A DNA stretch of 64,000 nt, from the NCBI GenBank assembly GCA_964615905.1, contig CAZTUB010000014.1, positions 88,057 to 152,056 of the forward strand, read 5' to 3'. Shown piece by piece: positions 59,679 to 64,000 of this stretch; position 1 is the first letter of the stretch, and each line of letters starts with the position of its first letter. The position numbers and the translations under genes are program-made. The stretch is from an uncultured Clostridia bacterium. Lineage in GTDB: Bacteria > Acidobacteriota > Blastocatellia > UBA7656. The notes beneath the pieces are model-generated. The model was not told where the DNA came from. It saw only the letters and a list, made by a program, of their open reading frames with translations, and made no database searches.

Positions 59679-61379
59679 ATGGATTACAACGCCGAGATAA
59701 AAGAGGCGGTCGCACGCCTGGAGCGTGAAGAGATCGTTTCGAGGATATGGAACAAGGATGCATCGGTTTGGAAGGTCGAGCCCGATCACCAGAAGATCAT
59801 AACGAACTCGCTCGGCTGGCTCACCGTTGCTGAGACGATCCGGGGCCGCGTCGACGAGATCAACCGCTTCGCAGACGAAGTGCGCGGGGCGGGCTTCCGG
59901 CACGTTTTGCTCATGGGCATGGGCGGGTCAAGCCTTTGCCCGGAGGTCTTGCGCCGCACATTCGGCGGCCAGCCGGGCTACCCGGAACTGCTCGTGCTCG
60001 ACAGCACAGTCCCTGCGACCGTAGCTGCATTCGAGCGGCGCATAAGCGTGGAGCAAACGCTCTTTATAGTCTCGTCGAAATCGGGGACGACGACCGAGCC
60101 GCAGGTCTTCTACGACTATTTCTTCGACAAAGTCGCCCAGGTCAAAGGCGACCGCGCAGGCGAAAACTTCGTGGCCATAACCGACCCCGACACGTTGCTA
60201 GCGCGCATTGCCGAAGAGAAGAAGTTTCGCCGCGCCTTTCTCAACCCTTCAGACATCGGCGGGCGCTACTCGGCCCTCTCTTATTTCGGGATGGTCCCGG
60301 CCGCGCTCGCGGGCTTAGACATAAGGGCCATACTCGACAGGGCGGTCCGGGCGAGCAGCTCTTGCAGGGCCGCGAGCGAAAACCCCGGCCTCGATCTCGG
60401 AGTCGCGCTCGGCGTGCTGGCCCGGCGCGGGCGGGACAAGCTGACTTTTGCCATCACCCCGCCGGTAGATTCGCTGGGGCTTTGGATAGAGCAACTGATC
60501 GCCGAAAGCACGGGCAAAGAGGGTGTCGGCATACTTCCGGTCGTGGGCGAGCCGCTCGGCGACCCGTCCGTCTACGGCAACGACAGGGTATTCATCTACA
60601 TACACACTCTCGATTCCACGGACAAGAATACGGAAGCCCGGTTGGCGGAGCTTGTATCGGCGGGTCACCCGGTGATAGTGCGGACGCTTGATGACGCTAA
60701 CAGTCTTGGCGAAGAGTTCTTCATCTGGGAGTTTGCAACTGCCGTCGCGGGGGCAGTGCTTGAGATAAACCCTTTTGACCAGCCGAACGTGCAGGAGAGC
60801 AAGGACAACACGCGGCGGCTTCTTGAAGAGTACGAACATAACGGCAAGCTCCCGGAGCAAGAGGTGCTCGTCAGTGAAAGCGGCATCCGCCTGCACGCGA
60901 GCGCGGAGATGAAGACGCTGCTCGCGCAGCCCGCGCTAAGCGACCAGCCCGCGCCCACCGTAGCGTCAATCATCGCGCTCCACCTGGCGAGCGTGCGCGC
61001 CGGCGATTACGTCGCGCTCACGGCTTACATCGAAGAAACGCCCGAAAACGACCGCGCGCTTGAGCAGATTCGCGCTCAAATCCGCGACCGGCTGCGCGTG
61101 GCCACAACGGTCGGGTACGGCCCAAGGTTCTTGCACTCGACGGGCCAATTTCACAAAGGCGGCCCGCCCACAGGGGTCTTTATTCAAATAACCTCGGACG
61201 ACGCGGAAGAGTTGCCGATACCGGCCCGGCCTTACACCTTCAGCACGCTCAAGCAAGCGCAGGCGCTCGGAGATTTCGAATCGCTCGCGAGCCGCAATCT
61301 CCGCGCGGTACGGTTCCACGCCGGTATGGACGTGAGCGCCAGCCTCGGTGCGTTGCTCGATGCGGTAAGAAAAAGATAA
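59679..61379 (+). CDS. pgi: Glucose-6-phosphate isomerase (the PGI type found next to or fused with transaldolase)
   Basis: PGI/SIS motifs are present (LLMGMGGSSLCPEVL and FIVSSKSGTTTEP). The gene lies 10 nt downstream of tal with RBS AAGGATGA. Confidence 0.9.
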   Translation: MDYNAEIKEAVARLEREEIVSRIWNKDASVWKVEPDHQKIITNSLGWLTVAETIRGRVDEINRFADEVRGAGFRHVLLMGMGGSSLCPEVLRRTFGGQPGYPELLVLDSTVPATVAAFERRISVEQTLFIVSSKSGTTTEPQVFYDYFFDKVAQVKGDRAGENFVAITDPDTLLARIAEEKKFRRAFLNPSDIGGRYSALSYFGMVPAALAGLDIRAILDRAVRASSSCRAASENPGLDLGVALGVLARRGRDKLTFAITPPVDSLGLWIEQLIAESTGKEGVGILPVVGEPLGDPSVYGNDRVFIYIHTLDSTDKNTEARLAELVSAGHPVIVRTLDDANSLGEEFFIWEFATAVAGAVLEINPFDQPNVQESKDNTRRLLEEYEHNGKLPEQEVLVSESGIRLHASAEMKTLLAQPALSDQPAPTVASIIALHLASVRAGDYVALTAYIEETPENDRALEQIRAQIRDRLRVATTVGYGPRFLHSTGQFHKGGPPTGVFIQITSDDAEELPIPARPYTFSTLKQAQALGDFESLASRNLRAVRFHAGMDVSASLGALLDAVRKR

Positions 61380-61406
61380 GACGGACCTCAGGAAAGAAAG
61401 AAGAAT

Positions 61407-61967
61407 ATGGCTGTATTCTCAAGAGCCATCTCTGTCGAGATGGACTGGGTAGACGACGCGAGTTTCGAGATACGCGGGACGCTCGACGACAACGTCCATT
61501 CGCTGCGGGCGCGGTTCGTCGTGAGCTTTCCCGGCTACGTGATAACAGAGGCGACGGGCGAGATCACTCGTATGCCGTATGACGGGTTTTGCCAGGGCGC
61601 GCTCGGCGTATTGCCTCTGTTCATCAACGAAAGAGTGGGGCGCGGTTTTCGCAAACGCGCCGCAGAGATCGTCGGCGGGGCGGCGAGTTGCAATCACCTG
61701 CACACGCTCATAACCGACATGGCCGCGTGCGCGTTCCAGATGAATTATATGGCTATTAAGAAGCGGCCCGACGGCGAGGCGGCGATCAAGGCGGTGGCGG
61801 ACGACCCTGCGCGCCGCCGCCAGATGGTGATCGGGTGGATGCCGCAGCTTCGCAACACCTGTTTCACCTTTAGCGAGGCGGCCGATCCATTGTTCGAGAG
61901 CGCGGCGCGTGACGCCTCCGCTAAAGAAAATACTGAAATGGGAGCCGACGATGGGAAAATATTATGA
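61407..61967 (+). CDS. DUF2889-family protein
   Basis: It is 186 aa, with conserved Cys/His positions (GFCQGALG...ASCNHLHTLITDMAACAF) typical of DUF2889. It overlaps the downstream MaoC gene by 17 nt. Confidence 0.6.
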   Translation: MAVFSRAISVEMDWVDDASFEIRGTLDDNVHSLRARFVVSFPGYVITEATGEITRMPYDGFCQGALGVLPLFINERVGRGFRKRAAEIVGGAASCNHLHTLITDMAACAFQMNYMAIKKRPDGEAAIKAVADDPARRRQMVIGWMPQLRNTCFTFSEAADPLFESAARDASAKENTEMGADDGKIL

Positions 61968-62394
61968 GGATTTCGAGATCGGTGAAGAGGCGATAACTGC
62001 CGGGCGCACCATCACCGAGGCCGACATTGTCAACTTCGCGGGGATCACAGGCGACTGGAACGAGATACACACAAACAAGGAACTGGCCGGGCGCGGCCCG
62101 TTCGGCCAGCGCATCGCGCACGGCGCGCTCATATTCTCGATTGCCACGGGGCTTTCGGTAAGGCTTGGGCAGACGGCCGATACCGTGATCGCTTTTTACG
62201 GCCTCGACCGGCTGCGGTTCGTCAAGCCGACCTTTATCGGCGACACGATACACGTGCGCCAGCGGGTCGAAGAGAAGTCGGAAAAAGATGAGCGCGCGGG
62301 GCTCGTCACCATGCTGAACGAAGTCATAAACCAGCGCGACGAAGTGGTCGTGAGCTACACGGCAAAGGTCTTGCTGAAACGTCGCCGCTCGTAA
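61951..62394 (+). CDS. MaoC-like (R)-specific enoyl-CoA hydratase/dehydratase (hot-dog fold)
   Basis: The hot-dog motif region is ITEADIVNFAGITGDWNEIHTNKELAGRGPFGQRIAHGAL. RBS GGGAG precedes the ATG at 61951. Confidence 0.8.
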   Translation: MGKYYEDFEIGEEAITAGRTITEADIVNFAGITGDWNEIHTNKELAGRGPFGQRIAHGALIFSIATGLSVRLGQTADTVIAFYGLDRLRFVKPTFIGDTIHVRQRVEEKSEKDERAGLVTMLNEVINQRDEVVVSYTAKVLLKRRRS

Positions 62395-62416
62395 AAGCAC
62401 CGGAGGGTGATTCTAT

Positions 62417-64000
62417 ATGGCCGAGATGACCGGCGCTGAAGCCGTATTCGAGATGCTTGTGCGACAGGGCGTTCGATATGTGTTCGGAAACCCCGGCACG
62501 ACGGAGCTGCCGTTGATGGATCTGTTTGCCGCCCGCAGCGAGATCGAATACGTGCTGGCTTTGCACGAAGACTCCGCGCTCGGCTGCGCAAGCGGGTACG
62601 CCGAAGCGACGGGGCAGCCGGGGGTCGTCAATCTTCACGCGACGCCGGGGCTCGCGCACGCGCTCGGCAATCTCTATAACGCGCACAGGGCTGGCACTCC
62701 GCTCGTGGTCACGGCCGGGCAACAGGACTCGCGCGCGATGATCGACAACCCGCTGCTTTACGCAGACATGCTCGAAATCGCGCGCCAGCACTCGAAGTGG
62801 GTCTGGGAAGCGCGACACGCCGCGGAGATACCCCAGGTCTTTGCTCGCGCTTTTCAGATAAGCCTCACGCCGCCGACAGGGCCTGTCTTTATATCGTTGC
62901 CGGTAGACGTGATGGAAGAGCGGGCACAGATCGAGCTGGTCGATGTGACGCGCGCGGGCTCGCGCCAGCGGGGCGACCGCGAGCGAATCGAAGAGGCCGC
63001 GCGATTACTTGCCGGGGCGCGAAACCCCGCGATCATAGCGGGCGACGGGTGCGCTCGCTCTGAAGCCATGAGCGAGCTTGTGAGGCTTGCCGAAACGCTC
63101 GGGGCCCGCGTGCACCTTGAGCCGCTCAACTCGCTTATGATCTTTCCGACATCACACCGCCTGTTTGCCGGACCGCTCTACCCGAACGCCAAACAGACTC
63201 GCGCGCTGCTTGAAGGCGTAGACCTGATTCTCGCGGTAGGGGTAAACACGCTCGCGCCGCTCGTCCACACCGGCATCACGATGATCGCTCCCGGCACAAA
63301 GCTTATACAGATTGACGCAAGCGACCGTGAGTTAGGCAGGAACTACCCGGCGGCGGTCGCCGTTCAGGCCGACCCGCGCTCGGCGCTTGAAGAGATATGC
63401 GAGCTCCTCGACCGGATGATTACAGGTGAAAGTACGGCTCTCGTGGCCCGACGCCGCGAGATGGTCGAGGGCGCGATTGCCGAGGCGCGGGCAAAGTTTC
63501 TTGAGCAGGCCCAATCGAGCGCCGACTCGGGCGCTATGTCTGCGGCCTACGTTGCGCGCGTGATGCGCGAGGCGGCCAGCCCTACGGCGGTGCTTGTCGA
63601 TGAGTCAGTTACCTCGACCGCATACGTGCGGACGATCTTCGGTTTGAGCGAGCCGAACTCTTATTTTTACGCCAAAGGCGGCTCGCTAGGGCTTGGGCTC
63701 CCTTCGGCGGTCGGCGTGAAGCTCGCGCTTAAAGACCGGCAGGTGATCTGCGCGGTTGGCGACGGCTCTGCGCTCTACTCGATACAGTCGCTGTGGACGG
63801 CGGCGCGGTATGATCTCGCCGTCGTCTTCGTCGTCTTCAACAATGCCAGTTACATGATCTTAAAAGGCGGGCTGCTGGCGCTGGGCGGCGCGGCGGTAGA
63901 GCGGGGCGTCTTTCCCGGCATGGACATAACCGAGCCTGAAGTGGATTTCGTCCGGCTGGCGGAATCTTTTGGCGTCGAGGCGCGCAAAGTCGTAAGCAAA
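62417..64000 (+). CDS. Thiamine-pyrophosphate-dependent enzyme (acetolactate synthase / benzoylformate decarboxylase family); the 3' end runs past the window end
   Basis: RBS GGAGGGTGA precedes the ATG at 62417. The N-terminal TPP_enzyme_N region is YVFGNPGTTELPLMD, the central domain follows, and the C-terminal TPP-binding motif begins (GDGSALYSIQSLWTAARYDLAVVFVVFNN). The track does not list it because no stop falls in the window. Confidence 0.8.
   Translation, partial: MAEMTGAEAVFEMLVRQGVRYVFGNPGTTELPLMDLFAARSEIEYVLALHEDSALGCASGYAEATGQPGVVNLHATPGLAHALGNLYNAHRAGTPLVVTAGQQDSRAMIDNPLLYADMLEIARQHSKWVWEARHAAEIPQVFARAFQISLTPPTGPVFISLPVDVMEERAQIELVDVTRAGSRQRGDRERIEEAARLLAGARNPAIIAGDGCARSEAMSELVRLAETLGARVHLEPLNSLMIFPTSHRLFAGPLYPNAKQTRALLEGVDLILAVGVNTLAPLVHTGITMIAPGTKLIQIDASDRELGRNYPAAVAVQADPRSALEEICELLDRMITGESTALVARRREMVEGAIAEARAKFLEQAQSSADSGAMSAAYVARVMREAASPTAVLVDESVTSTAYVRTIFGLSEPNSYFYAKGGSLGLGLPSAVGVKLALKDRQVICAVGDGSALYSIQSLWTAARYDLAVVFVVFNNASYMILKGGLLALGGAAVERGVFPGMDITEPEVDFVRLAESFGVEARKVVSK

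Overview
This window is a high-GC, gene-dense stretch of bacterial chromosome. Its gene content suggests an Acidobacteriota-type organism: three very large outer-membrane receptors of the TonB-dependent (CarbopepD_reg/plug) type, BNR/Asp-box and tricorn-like S41 proteases, and many secreted proteins. Scanning by eye I found no rRNA or tRNA genes, no CRISPR array, and no transposase or integrase. About 47 protein-coding genes are supported.

Notable content:
- A three-gene operon of the arsenosugar / 'radical SAM–selenodomain' type at 4957-7045: an AhpD-like protein, the radical SAM/Cys-rich protein ArsS, and a family-2 glycosyltransferase. No arsM is present in the window.
- Two tandem tricorn-like proteases of about 1100 aa that share a 242-bp tract of perfect nucleotide identity.
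- A MacA / ABC-ATPase / FtsX-permease efflux operon.
- An array of three CarbopepD-type TonB-dependent receptors interleaved with two paralogous TPR proteins.
- A fusion of a family-1-like glycosyl hydrolase with an RmlD-type reductase domain.
- Adjacent transaldolase and glucose-6-phosphate isomerase genes (tal, pgi), followed by DUF2889, MaoC and TPP-enzyme genes.
- A family of five long intergenic hairpin repeats, about 90-100 bp, built from 7-nt units (GTGACAA / GTAAACC). They sit at gene ends. Two copies supply the stop codon and last residues of the upstream gene, and one lies inside the efflux operon.

Many long ORFs in the supplied track are R/A/V-rich shadow frames of these high-GC genes and were rejected. 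Start codons are chosen from RBS context where visible and remain approximate.
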